A DNA stretch of 64,000 bases from an uncultured Verrucomicrobiae bacterium (GTDB lineage: Bacteria > Verrucomicrobiota > Verrucomicrobiia > Chthoniobacterales > JAFAMB01): positions 128,001 through 192,000 of the forward strand of contig CAVXLD010000005.1 in the NCBI GenBank assembly GCA_963762565.1, read 5' to 3'. Made by a program: the position numbers and the translations under genes. Shown piece after piece: positions 29,146 to 38,588 of this stretch. The notes under the pieces were generated by a model. The model was not told where the DNA came from and did not search any database. It worked only from the letters and a program-made list of their open reading frames with translations. Position 1 is the stretch's first letter. Each line of letters opens with the position of its first letter.

Positions 29146-29247
29146 GAGGTGAGAAAACGTGATTGGTGACTAGTGATTGGTGATTGGTGGAGCGCGGGGG
29201 ATAGCGGGCCAAGTGGACTTTAGTGGACTTAGTGGACGCCGTGGACT
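29142..29247. repeat. GTGAGAG, TGATTGG and GTGGACTTA arrays
   Basis: Array begins in the TGA stop of the upstream gene. Confidence 0.85.
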
Positions 29248-29358
29248 GGAGTGGTCGGGAGTAGTAGGGACGGAGAGGATGATCTCCGGAGCAGGCGACG
29301 AATTTTAACGGCCGGATTCGTTTGAGCGTTTTGGTAACAGAGATGGTCTTTGTTCCAA

Positions 29359-30159
29359 ATGAATTTTAACGATCCTCTCTCTCCGCGAGTACCAACGGTT
29401 CAACTTGGCGTCCGGCGGACGTTTCTAGTTTCGATTTTAGGTCTGAGCTTGGTTATTGGGTCCGCGCGAGGGGATGAGGTTTCGCCATCGCCAACTGCGG
29501 CATCCGCGCCGATGGCTAACCCGACGCCGGAGGGCAAAATCAACTTGGAAGCGACTGCGCGTAAGCGATTGCCGAATACGGTCGCTAATGTGGTTCTGGG
29601 GATTCAGGTCGAGGGACGCACTGGCGATGCGGTTTCAGGCTCGCTGGCTGATCGATCCCACACCTTGCTCGACTTTCTGCGCCAGCAAGGAGTGGAGCGG
29701 CTCCGCACGGAAGACGTCAGTTATCAGCCGCAGATTGAATCCGGCCGTAATGGAGCACCGGATCGCATTGTAGGTTACACGGGCAGCGCGAGTATCTCGT
29801 TTCGGACGACTCCGGACAAGTTAGGCGCGCTCTTAGGCGGGAGCTTGGACCACGGAGCAAATACGATTAGTCAGACGCAGTTTAGTCCATTGGAAAGCGA
29901 GATCGACGCTGCCCGGCAAGACCTGGCTATTGAAGCGACGAAGACGGCGCTAGCTCGAGCCGATGCGTTAGCCCAGGCGACGGGGTTGCGCGTGGTGCGA
30001 ATCGAGCAGATCAACGTCGCGTCTGAAGAGAACATCGTGCCGGTTCCGCTTGGCGGTATGAAAATGATGGCGCCGGCGCGGGCACCAATCGAGACGGCCT
30101 CTGGAGAACAGGAAGTGGCGGCGCGGGTTTCGGTGCAGGTGGGCGTCGCGAAGCGCTAA
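29359..30159 (+). CDS. SIMPL (DUF541) domain periplasmic protein
   Basis: Signal-like hydrophobic segment, GYTGS, GAN, A...A..RADALA..TG and SGEQEV. Confidence 0.85.
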   Translation: MNFNDPLSPRVPTVQLGVRRTFLVSILGLSLVIGSARGDEVSPSPTAASAPMANPTPEGKINLEATARKRLPNTVANVVLGIQVEGRTGDAVSGSLADRSHTLLDFLRQQGVERLRTEDVSYQPQIESGRNGAPDRIVGYTGSASISFRTTPDKLGALLGGSLDHGANTISQTQFSPLESEIDAARQDLAIEATKTALARADALAQATGLRVVRIEQINVASEENIVPVPLGGMKMMAPARAPIETASGEQEVAARVSVQVGVAKR

Positions 30160-30322
30160 CAGCGCGCTTCGCGAAATGGTCAATAGCCGATAGCCAATAG
30201 CCGAGGCGGCGGGCTAATGACACATGACAGATCGGAGGCCCGAGGAAGCATCGATCCTGTCGATTTTAATTTATCTTTTATCGATTTTATATATACGAGA
30301 GATTGGACGACGATCATCCGGT

Positions 30323-30751
30323 ATGAAAACAGAAGCGATCGGGCAGGGTGAGGGAGCAGAAGACCCCAGTTATCCAGAGCATCAGCATCTTCAACCCGCT
30401 AGCGCGAGTGCAATTCGCAAGCGGAGGTTTTGGGTTGTCCCGGTTTTGGCCGCTATTCCGACCCTGTTGGTGATCCTGCTTATTTTTCTTCTGAAGGATT
30501 ATGACTTTCCGAAGGAAGTCGTGGGTATTTTGTTCATTACCGTCGTGATACCCGCGGCGCTGATCTGCGAGAAGCTTGGGCTTGGGCAGTTTAATATTTT
30601 GGGGGGTAGCACGATCCCGGACTGGTTGTTTTACAGTGTCATGATTCTGCTGGTGTACCTCTATAGTTTGGCGTTGGTGGCGTCGGGACGGGGGATTGTG
30701 TCGTTGATGGGGCGAGCGCTGCGAGGGGGGCGAAAGGTGATTGGTGATTAG
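30323..30751 (+). CDS. Hypothetical membrane protein (3 TM)
   Basis: Three hydrophobic segments; the stop codon comes from the downstream heptamer array. Confidence 0.6.
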   Translation: MKTEAIGQGEGAEDPSYPEHQHLQPASASAIRKRRFWVVPVLAAIPTLLVILLIFLLKDYDFPKEVVGILFITVVIPAALICEKLGLGQFNILGGSTIPDWLFYSVMILLVYLYSLALVASGRGIVSLMGRALRGGRKVIGD

Positions 30752-30788
30752 TGATTAGTGATTAGTGATTGGTGATTAGTGATTGGTG
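30737..30788. repeat. (GTGATTR)x7 heptamer array
   Basis: Seven consecutive GTGATTG/GTGATTA units. Confidence 0.95.
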
Positions 30789-30953
30789 GAAGAGAAGCTG
30801 TCCGTTCGGCGGCCTTCTCGGTCGGGTAACCGTCGGGGGTGTTTTCGCGAGGAGGGGGCAAATTTCGGTTAGTAATATTTTGCCAGGAGTTGTCCTGGTT
30901 TGGTTCTATTGTTCGTCGAGCGGGAGGAACTGAAATAACCGAGAGGTAAACAA

Positions 30954-31448
30954 ATGATTACATCGCCAAAGATCGTTGAACGCATTGAACAACCGTATGT
31001 GGCTATTAAATCAGTGGTGAAAATGGAGGAGATAGCACCAACGGCCGGGCAGCTGTTCGGGGAAGTTTTCGGGTGGTTAGGTGGGCGCGGTTTAACGCCG
31101 GCCGGAGCCCCGTTTTTCAAGTATAACGTTGTCGACATGGAACGCGGGCTCGAGATTGAGTTTGCGCTGCCGACGGCAGCGCCGGCGACTGGAGATGATC
31201 GGGTTTTAGCGGGTGTGCTTCCTGCAGGCCGGTATGCCTCATTGATGCACCTAGGCCCGTATGATCAGCTTAAGGACGCTAATGCGGCGCTTGGGGAATG
31301 GATCAAAGAGCAAGGGCTTACCGTCGACGTGGTGAAGAGCCCGGAAGGGGACAGATTTGGGTGCCGGTTGGAAATTTATCTTAATGATCCAGGGGTGGAG
31401 AAGGATCCAGCGAAGTGGGAGACGGAAGTGGCGTTTAAGCTCGCGTAA
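30954..31448 (+). CDS. GyrI-like small-molecule-binding domain protein
   Basis: AGAPFFKY, LPAGRYA, H.GPYD.L and EIYLNDP; GAGGT RBS. Confidence 0.88.
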   Translation: MITSPKIVERIEQPYVAIKSVVKMEEIAPTAGQLFGEVFGWLGGRGLTPAGAPFFKYNVVDMERGLEIEFALPTAAPATGDDRVLAGVLPAGRYASLMHLGPYDQLKDANAALGEWIKEQGLTVDVVKSPEGDRFGCRLEIYLNDPGVEKDPAKWETEVAFKLA

Positions 31449-31468
31449 ACGCCCTTCAAGAAATCAAA

Positions 31469-31902
31469 TTCACCACAGAGACACAGAGGACACCGAGAAA
31501 AGACTCGAACCGCAGATGGACGCAGATTTACGCAGATAAAGACAGGAGCCTGACTGAGGCAGGGGTTGAACGCACTCCTTCTGCCGGCAGCACATTGAGA
31601 TTTGGAATATCCGCAGATTACACAGATTACGCAGATTTCGCCTTTAGGCTTGGGCACGTCACTTTAGATAAAAAAAAGTTCTGACTCGGTTACGCTTTCG
31701 GTAGCCCAAGGACTGATCCGAAGCCCACGACGAAATCTGCGAAATCTGTGTAATCTGCGGATATTAACGTTTTCCAGAATGTTGCCAGCCCATGACGCGT
31801 CTCTCAACGTCAGCTGCGATCTGCTCCCAGTCTCCATCTGCGTAAATCTGCGTCCATCTGCGGTTGAGGTTTTCTCTGTGTTCTCTGTGTCTCTGTGGTG
31901 AA
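31469..31902. repeat. Nested ~430-bp palindrome of CACAGAG and CGCAGAT micro-repeat arms between convergent genes
   Basis: Outer arms 31469-31537/31836-31902; inner arms 31606-31640/31731-31765 (1 mismatch in 35). Confidence 0.9.
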
Positions 31903-31909
31903 ATAAGTC

Positions 31910-33451
31910 TTAATAGGCTTTGCCGAAGAGGACGCGGCGGGGGCTGGGGGCGCCGGTGAAGATGCATTTCCCTGGCGTCTCATCTTTGAAAGCAGGATCG
32001 GTGGGGATGCAACGGATCGTAACCTTCAGGTCTTCTTTGATCTGCGCCTCGACAGAAGGGTCGCCGGACCAATGGGCAAACGCGAAACCGCCATGGATCT
32101 CGGGCCGGTCAATGTCCTTGGGAGTGAAGAAGTCGTAGAAGTCGGCTTTGGAATCGATTTTAACCGTGTATCGGTCACGAAGTTCTTTGGCGCGCTCGTA
32201 AAGGCCCGCCTGGATCTCGGTAAGAATTTCGGGGATGGCCTTTATCACCTCTTCGACCGGTCTAAATGCCTTTTCTTTGATCGGACGATCACGGCGAGCG
32301 ATAGCAACGGTGCCTTTTTCCAAATCACGGGGACCGAGTTCGAGCCGGATAGGGACGCCGCGTTTGATCCAGTCCCAATTTTTCACCCCGCCGCCCAGGT
32401 CGCGTTGGTCGACCTCTACCGTGACCGGTTCGTTCGCATAACGCTGGTTGCGGATTTCGGCAGCCAGGTTGTTCGCGGCTTCCAGGACAGTGGAGCGATG
32501 TTCGGGTTTTTGGATCACAGGTAGGATGACGACCTGACTTGGGGCGATCCGAGGAGGCAAAATGATCCCATCATCGTCGCCGTGAGTCATGACGACGGTT
32601 CCCACTAGGCGAGTGCTGGCGCCCCAGCTGGTGGTCCAACCGTATTCCTGGGTCCCCTCGCGTGATAGGTAACGGATGTCCGACGCCTTCGCGAAATTTT
32701 GGCCAAGGAAATGCGAGGTACCGGCTTGGACGGCCTTCTGGTCTTGCATCATGGCCTCAATGGTCAAGGTGGTCACGGCGCCGGGGAACCGTTCGCTCTC
32801 GGTCTTTTCACCGGCATAAACGGGAAGGGCGAGGAACTCTTCAGCAAAGGTCTGGTAAACCCGCAGCATTTGGTTCGCTTCAGCGACGGCTTCTTCGGCG
32901 GTTTCGTGAACGGTGTGGCCTTCTTGCCAGAGGAATTCTGTGGTCCGGAGAAAGAGACGAGTCCGCATTTCCCAGCGCAGCACATTGCACCATTGGTTTA
33001 TCAGAATGGGTAGATCGCGATAGGACTGGACCCAGCGGGAGAAGGTTGCGCCGATGATAGTTTCCGAGGTTGGCCGGATTACTAAGGGTTCGGTCAGTTC
33101 GGCAGAGGGAGCCGGACGCATTTTCCCATCGGGGCCTATCTCGAGGCGATGGTGGGTGACCACGGCACATTCTTTGGCGAAGCCTTCGACGTGGGACGCT
33201 TCTTTCTCGAAATAACTAAGGGGGATTAGCAAAGGGAAATACGCGTTCTTGTGTCCGGTATCTTTGAACATCCGGTCGAGATGCCGCTGAATGTTTTCCC
33301 ACATGCCGAAGCCCCACGGCTTGATCACCATGCAACCACGGACGTCAGAGTTCTCCGCCAATTCGGCGGCGCGAACGACCTGTTGATACCACTCGGGGAA
33401 GTCTTCGGCCCGAGTGGGAGAGATGGCGGTCTTTTGGGCGGATGCTGACAT
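31910..33451 (-). CDS. proS: Proline--tRNA ligase (archaeal/eukaryote type)
   Basis: HVEGFAKE, IRPTSET, FLRTTEFLWQEGHT, QAGTSHFLGQNF and C-terminal GKAY. Confidence 0.97.
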   Translation of the reverse strand: MSASAQKTAISPTRAEDFPEWYQQVVRAAELAENSDVRGCMVIKPWGFGMWENIQRHLDRMFKDTGHKNAYFPLLIPLSYFEKEASHVEGFAKECAVVTHHRLEIGPDGKMRPAPSAELTEPLVIRPTSETIIGATFSRWVQSYRDLPILINQWCNVLRWEMRTRLFLRTTEFLWQEGHTVHETAEEAVAEANQMLRVYQTFAEEFLALPVYAGEKTESERFPGAVTTLTIEAMMQDQKAVQAGTSHFLGQNFAKASDIRYLSREGTQEYGWTTSWGASTRLVGTVVMTHGDDDGIILPPRIAPSQVVILPVIQKPEHRSTVLEAANNLAAEIRNQRYANEPVTVEVDQRDLGGGVKNWDWIKRGVPIRLELGPRDLEKGTVAIARRDRPIKEKAFRPVEEVIKAIPEILTEIQAGLYERAKELRDRYTVKIDSKADFYDFFTPKDIDRPEIHGGFAFAHWSGDPSVEAQIKEDLKVTIRCIPTDPAFKDETPGKCIFTGAPSPRRVLFGKAY

Positions 33452-33540
33452 GGTGACGTGAGCAGTGAGAAGTGAGAGGCGATTAGTGATTGGTGATTGG
33501 TCGCTCGGCGGGTGGCAGGGCGGCTGCCCGACTGCGATGT

Positions 33541-34653
33541 CTAGGCGAATGAATTCAGGAAGAAGCGGAAGAATTCGGCGCCGCGTTCGAGTTCCTGGAT
33601 CTCAATGTATTCGTCGCAGGTGTGGGCTTGTTTGATGCTGCCGGGGCCGATCGCGATAGCGGGAGTGTTTTGTTCGGCGAAAAAGGCGGCATCGCAGAAC
33701 CAGGGGACACCGATGCGTTTGGAGCCTAGAGCTACAAATTTTTCGATGAAGGGGTGCGTAGGATCGGTATAGAGCGGTTGAGAAACTTTCAGCGGGGTGG
33801 CTTTGACCTCAGGGAAACGGGCGGAAAGAAAGGCTTGGACGGCTTTTACCATTTCTTCCTGGCCTGGAATTGTGCGGACGTCGATCTCGGCCCGGCTATG
33901 GTCGGGGACGATATTAATTTTTACGCCGCCAGTAATGGTGCCGAGGCTGATGGTTGGTTTACCGAGAGCTTCGTTGGCGGGTACGGGGCAGAGATTTGGG
34001 AACTCCGATTTAAGGGCGGAGAAGGCTTCGGTCAGAAGTTCGATGGCGTTGATACCGGCGTCAGGACTAGCGGCGTGAACGGCCTTGCCGCGGGCATCCA
34101 GCTGCATCCAAGCAGTGCCTTTGTGAGTATAAACAACATTGAGATCGGTCGGTTCGCCGACCACGACAAAATCGGCTTCCCGGCGTTTAGCGCAGAGCTT
34201 GGAGCCAAGTTGCATGACTTCCTCGTCAGCGAGTCCTGCGAATCCGACGGCGACACTCAATTTCGAGAGGTCGATCGTGGTCAAAGCCCAAAGCATGGCA
34301 GCCATAGGTCCCTTGGTGTCGGTTGCGCCGCGCCCGAGCAAGCGGCCATCGACGATATCGCCTTTAAAAGGATCGATGGTCATTCCGCGGACCGGGACTG
34401 TGTCCAAATGGGGAGCAAACAAGATAGTCGTTTTGGCGGCCGGTGGTTTAGGGAACCAGCCATACACGTTTGGACGGCCTGGCGCGACATACTCGAATTC
34501 GACCGAGGCGCCGTGAGAACTCAAGAATTCGCCGACGAACCGGGCCAGGTCTTCTTCCCCCGCACCCGCACTTTCGGGTGCGCCGGAAGGGTTCTCGCTT
34601 GGGATACGAACCAAGTCGCGGCATAACTCAGTAACGGAAGCAATTGGGCTCAT
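33541..34653 (-). CDS. M20 family metallohydrolase (ArgE/DapE-like)
   Basis: HLDTV, GRGATDTKG, DEE, GEPT and AHTCDE. Confidence 0.9.
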   Translation of the reverse strand: MSPIASVTELCRDLVRIPSENPSGAPESAGAGEEDLARFVGEFLSSHGASVEFEYVAPGRPNVYGWFPKPPAAKTTILFAPHLDTVPVRGMTIDPFKGDIVDGRLLGRGATDTKGPMAAMLWALTTIDLSKLSVAVGFAGLADEEVMQLGSKLCAKRREADFVVVGEPTDLNVVYTHKGTAWMQLDARGKAVHAASPDAGINAIELLTEAFSALKSEFPNLCPVPANEALGKPTISLGTITGGVKINIVPDHSRAEIDVRTIPGQEEMVKAVQAFLSARFPEVKATPLKVSQPLYTDPTHPFIEKFVALGSKRIGVPWFCDAAFFAEQNTPAIAIGPGSIKQAHTCDEYIEIQELERGAEFFRFFLNSFA

Positions 34654-35585
34654 AGGGTGCGGAACCAGTCAACAAATTGCGGGATCCCTTTTTCGATGAG
34701 CGTGGTTGGCCGGTAACGGAGCAATTGAGAGGCCTTCGAAATATCGGCGTAAGTCTGTGGCATATCACCGGGGGCTGGTGGCTGGTATTGGATGACGGCG
34801 GATCGACCAAGCGCCTTTTCGATCAAGCCAATGACTTCGTTAAGCTCGACGGTTTGATTCTCACCTAGGTTGAAAATTTCAAAAGGCGAACCCTCGAAAT
34901 CGATTGCGCCCAAAACTCCTTGGATGGTGTCGTCGATAAACGTGAAATCGCGGCGCTGAGTTCCGTCTCCGTAAACTTCGATCGGGTTTCCGCCCGCAAT
35001 CAGCCGGGTAAATTTATGGATAGAGAGATCGGGACGCTGGCGCGGTCCGTATACGGTAAAGAACCGGAGACAAACGACTTTCAAACCGTAAAGATAAGAA
35101 TAGTTCGAGCAGAGCTGTTCGCCGGCCAGTTTGCTGCTGGCGTACGGGCTAAGGGTCTGCACCAGGACTTGATCTTCCCGGAACGGGATCTGGGGCGTAG
35201 CCCCGTAGACGGAGGAGCTAGAGGCAAAAACAAATTTGGTGACGCCGGTGCGTTTGGCGGCCTCGAGCAGGTTGAAGGTGCCGAAGATGTTAGTCTTAAG
35301 GTAGAGTTCCGGGCATTGGACGGAGGGAAGAACTCCGGCCCGCGCGGCGAGATGGACAATGACATCCGGGCGCTGGGTCTGAATGATAGTGTTGATCTGA
35401 TCCTGATCACAGACGTCGGCAGTGAAGATTTTGGCTGGAGTTTTCCGAAGGTTAGAACGTTTGATCTCAGGGTCGTAAAAGTCGTTGAAATCGTCGATGA
35501 CAACGACCGAATCGCCGCGTGCTGTGAGTACGTCGACGAGGTGCGAACCGATAAACCCAGCACCGCCTGTGACCAAGATTTTCAT
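34650..35585 (-). CDS. NAD-dependent nucleotide-sugar epimerase (UDP-glucuronate 4-epimerase-like)
   Basis: TGGAGFIG, HLAARAGV, SSSSVYG, YASSK and RFFTVYGPRQRPD. Confidence 0.92.
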   Translation of the reverse strand: MKILVTGGAGFIGSHLVDVLTARGDSVVVIDDFNDFYDPEIKRSNLRKTPAKIFTADVCDQDQINTIIQTQRPDVIVHLAARAGVLPSVQCPELYLKTNIFGTFNLLEAAKRTGVTKFVFASSSSVYGATPQIPFREDQVLVQTLSPYASSKLAGEQLCSNYSYLYGLKVVCLRFFTVYGPRQRPDLSIHKFTRLIAGGNPIEVYGDGTQRRDFTFIDDTIQGVLGAIDFEGSPFEIFNLGENQTVELNEVIGLIEKALGRSAVIQYQPPAPGDMPQTYADISKASQLLRYRPTTLIEKGIPQFVDWFRTL

Positions 35586-35641
35586 TAAGAGTGGAAAGGG
35601 GGCAAGCTGGGATTAAATGGACACAGGCGCAAGGGGAAACC

Positions 35642-35820
35642 GTGAGAGGTGAGAGGTGAGAAGTGATTGGTGAAAGGTGATTGGTGGGTTGGCGAGGGGC
35701 ATGTCGCGTCCGGGGCCGAACATGAGACGAGTAAGGTGAAAAGTGAACGGGTGAGATGTCCGATGGCGCCGGGCTGCTGTTTACCAATCACGTCTCACTT
35801 CTCACGTCTCACTTCTCACC
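35642..35820. repeat. GTGAGAG/TGATTGG arrays and inverted CTCAC array
   Basis: Arrays at 35642-35685, 35735-35757 and 35784-35820. Confidence 0.85.
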
Positions 35821-35880
35821 GGGTTTTCAAAAGACGGGGTTGACAAGTGAACCGAACCGCGGGGATATACAAATTAGCGA

Positions 35881-36114
35881 ATGCCCGACGAGAAAAGAGG
35901 TCCGGCTCGGATCACACTTCCCCCACGCATTAAAGCTCCGGAGGTTGTGGAGCCGGTTGTTATTCCGGAGGGTGTTCCGGTGCACACTAGCGAGCGATTA
36001 ATCGCGCGGATGCCGCCGGTGCGGCGGGATCCGTGGGTGGTCCCATTGGCGGGGTTGGTCCTCGCTTTTTCCGTGATTTCGCTTATCGTACAATGTTTAG
36101 TTGCTTTCAGTTGA
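35881..36114 (+). CDS. Small hypothetical protein with C-terminal TM
   Basis: 77 aa, Pro-rich, hydrophobic C-terminus; co-oriented upstream of trxA. Confidence 0.55.
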   Translation: MPDEKRGPARITLPPRIKAPEVVEPVVIPEGVPVHTSERLIARMPPVRRDPWVVPLAGLVLAFSVISLIVQCLVAFS

Positions 36115-36160
36115 CAACAAGGGGAACCAGGGGTTGTGCTAACGAAAGAAAGAAAAGGTT

Positions 36161-36490
36161 ATGGTAACGGCTTCTGTACTACATTTGAATGAGTCGAACT
36201 TCGATCAAACCATTAGCGTGTCCGACGTGCCAGTGCTTGTCGATTTCTGGGCGAGCTGGTGCGGTCCTTGTCGAATGATCGCGCCTGTTTTGGACGAGAT
36301 TGCCAAGGAACAGGGTGAGAAGGTGCGGATCGTCAAGATCGACGTCGACGCTAATCCGGAAATTTCTAATCGGTTCGGAATTCGGAACATTCCGACTCTT
36401 CTGTTTTTCAAGGGAGGCGAGGTCAAGGATCAAGTAGTGGGATTAACGAGCAAGGCGGACTTGGTAGGCCGCCTGAATGCGTTAAAGTAA
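36161..36490 (+). CDS. trxA: Thioredoxin
   Basis: VDFWASWCGPC and IPTLLFFKGG. Confidence 0.97.
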   Translation: MVTASVLHLNESNFDQTISVSDVPVLVDFWASWCGPCRMIAPVLDEIAKEQGEKVRIVKIDVDANPEISNRFGIRNIPTLLFFKGGEVKDQVVGLTSKADLVGRLNALK

Positions 36491-36549
36491 ATCAAATACC
36501 TGGCGCGACGGGAATAGAGTGGGGTTAGTGCCAGTCGAATAGTAACGAA

Positions 36550-36879
36550 ATGAATATGCTAGCGTTAGGCTTTGGGAACTTCGGTGGCCCTGATCTATTC
36601 ATCATCCTGCTCATTGTGCTCGTATTGTTTGGCGCCAAAAAGCTCCCTGAGCTGGCCCGCAGTCTGGGGCAAAGCATGAATGAATTTCGCAAAGCGCGGG
36701 AAGAGTTCGATCGCGAGCTGCATACTGCGGCTAACGATACAAAGAGCCAACCTCAGTCGTATCAGCAGGCGCAAAATGTGCAACCGGCACAAAATGTGCA
36801 ACAGGCACAGCCGGCTGGGCAGGCGAACCAGTCTCAGCCACAGGTTACGGCTGGGAATGAGCAACGACCTCAGGTCTGA
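36550..36879 (+). CDS. tatA: Twin-arginine translocase TatA/E subunit
   Basis: TM followed by FGAKKLPELARSLG...EFRKA; Gln-rich tail. Confidence 0.93.
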   Translation: MNMLALGFGNFGGPDLFIILLIVLVLFGAKKLPELARSLGQSMNEFRKAREEFDRELHTAANDTKSQPQSYQQAQNVQPAQNVQQAQPAGQANQSQPQVTAGNEQRPQV

Positions 36880-36954
36880 GCAACGCCGAGAACGAAAAGA
36901 ATTTACGCCGTCTGATCGCAGGGTCAGACGGCGTTTTCGCGTCTTGGGGGTCTT

Positions 36955-37125
36955 GCGAAACGGCGAATGGGCGAAACGGCGAACTGGCGAATTACGCTGG
37001 GACCGAATGGGACTTATAGGACCTATAAGGAGATCCTATTAATGCCATCAGTCCTATAGGTCCGATCCGTTGGCAGTGTCCAACGCGTGCCCACACGCCG
37101 TTTCGCCCGTTCGCCGTTTCGCCCA
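36955..37125. repeat. Palindromic element: GGCGAA octamer arms around an ATAGGAC-family core
   Basis: Core 37001-37086 is homologous to 50444-50536. Confidence 0.85.
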
Positions 37126-37222
37126 CTCGTGTTTTCTCTTGCGGTGGCACGTATGGGACTTAATGTCGCGGGGGTCCCGCGTTGACGTTTTTAAGCGCGG
37201 GACGTTTTCTGTCCAGAATTTT

Positions 37223-38551
37223 ATGGCCAATACAGTGTTGGTGGGTGCGCAGTGGGGGGATGAAGGCAAAGGCAAAGTCATCGATTATCTGACGGGCCGG
37301 GTCGATGTGGTCGTCAGGAGTCAGGGTGGCAACAATGCTGGGCACACCGTTGTAGTCGGGGATGTAAAATATATTCTTCGATTGATCCCGTCGGGTATTT
37401 TGCGGCCCGGGAAATTGTGTTTGATCGGGAACGGTGTGGTGGTGGATCCGATCTCGCTGTGCGAGGAGATTGCGGAGCTCAAACGCCAAGGCGTGGAGAT
37501 CTCAAACCGGAATTTGTTGATCAGCGATGCCGCGCATCTGGTGTTTCCTTACCACAAGTTGATTGATGAATACCGAGAGCTGGCAGTTGGGCCAAATAAG
37601 ATCGGGACAACCAAGCGTGGTATCGGTCCCGCCTATGGGGATAAAATTGCGCGGGTGGGTATTCGGTTGGGTGACCTTTTAGATCCAAGGCTTTTCAATG
37701 AGCGGCTGGAGAACAGGCGCCAGGAAGTGGATTGGCTGTTGGAGCGGTACGAAGCTAAGCCGATTGATTGGCGGGAGCTGAGTCACCAATATCTCGCTGC
37801 TGGAGAACAGCTCAGGGAGATGGTGACAAACACGGTGCTCGAGCTGCATCGTTTGATGGAGCAAGGGAAAGAGATTTTGTTCGAAGGGGCACAAGGCACG
37901 TTTCTGGACATCGATCACGGGACTTATCCGTACGTGACTTCATCGAATACCACCGCCGGTGGAGCGTGTACTGGCGCCGGAGTGCCGCCGACTCGAATTG
38001 ATCGGGTGGTTGGAGCAATGAAGGCGTATACGACTCGGGTGGGAGAAGGTCCGTTCCCAACCGAAGATCAAGGGCTATCAGATATGCTGCATGCGATGGG
38101 CCGCGAGTTTGGCGCGGTCACTGGACGAGAACGGCGCTGTGGTTGGTTCGATGCCGTTGCGACTCGATTTGCGGTGATCGTGAATGGGATCGATGAGATT
38201 GCGGTCACGAACCTCGATGGGCTGGATCAGCTGGAGACGATCAAGATCTGTGTGGAGTATAAGCGGGAAGGCAAAGGAGTCGGGTCACCGCCGACCTGTG
38301 TCCGGGAGTTTGGACGTTGTACACCGGTATATATCGAGGTGCCGGGATGGAAAGAATCGACCACCGGTACCCAGAGCTACGAGGATTTGCCGAAGAATGC
38401 GCGGCTGTATCTCGAGAAAGTTTGCGAGTTAATCGGGGCAAAGATCGGGCTGGTGGGTGTGGGGCAGAAGAGGGAGCAGACCCTCGTTGTAACGCCGGCA
38501 ACGCCGGGATCGCCGTCAACGCTGGGAACGGGTGCATGGCAAGCTCGCTGA
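37223..38551 (+). CDS. purA: Adenylosuccinate synthetase
   Basis: QWGDEGKGK, GGNNAGHT, EGAQG and TGRERRCGW; C-terminal tail is repeat-derived. Confidence 0.97.
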   Translation: MANTVLVGAQWGDEGKGKVIDYLTGRVDVVVRSQGGNNAGHTVVVGDVKYILRLIPSGILRPGKLCLIGNGVVVDPISLCEEIAELKRQGVEISNRNLLISDAAHLVFPYHKLIDEYRELAVGPNKIGTTKRGIGPAYGDKIARVGIRLGDLLDPRLFNERLENRRQEVDWLLERYEAKPIDWRELSHQYLAAGEQLREMVTNTVLELHRLMEQGKEILFEGAQGTFLDIDHGTYPYVTSSNTTAGGACTGAGVPPTRIDRVVGAMKAYTTRVGEGPFPTEDQGLSDMLHAMGREFGAVTGRERRCGWFDAVATRFAVIVNGIDEIAVTNLDGLDQLETIKICVEYKREGKGVGSPPTCVREFGRCTPVYIEVPGWKESTTGTQSYEDLPKNARLYLEKVCELIGAKIGLVGVGQKREQTLVVTPATPGSPSTLGTGAWQAR

Positions 38552-38588
38552 TAGGCCAGCTGGCGGCGATGACGCTCGTTGACGGCGT

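Noticed and set aside
33754..34626. Long antisense ORFs (also 34920-35588, 50907-51686, 55821-56549 and 41236-41820)
   Set aside because: They are shadows of well-supported genes on the opposite strand, have no motifs, and are expected at this GC content.
35840..36140. TTGACA -35 boxes before the small ORF and trxA
   Set aside because: No convincing -10 box at 16-18 nt spacing, so no promoter was called.
36763..36812. 18-nt repeat in tatA (QAQNVQ/PAQNVQ)
   Set aside because: An ordinary low-complexity duplication in the disordered TatA tail, unrelated to the dispersed repeat families.
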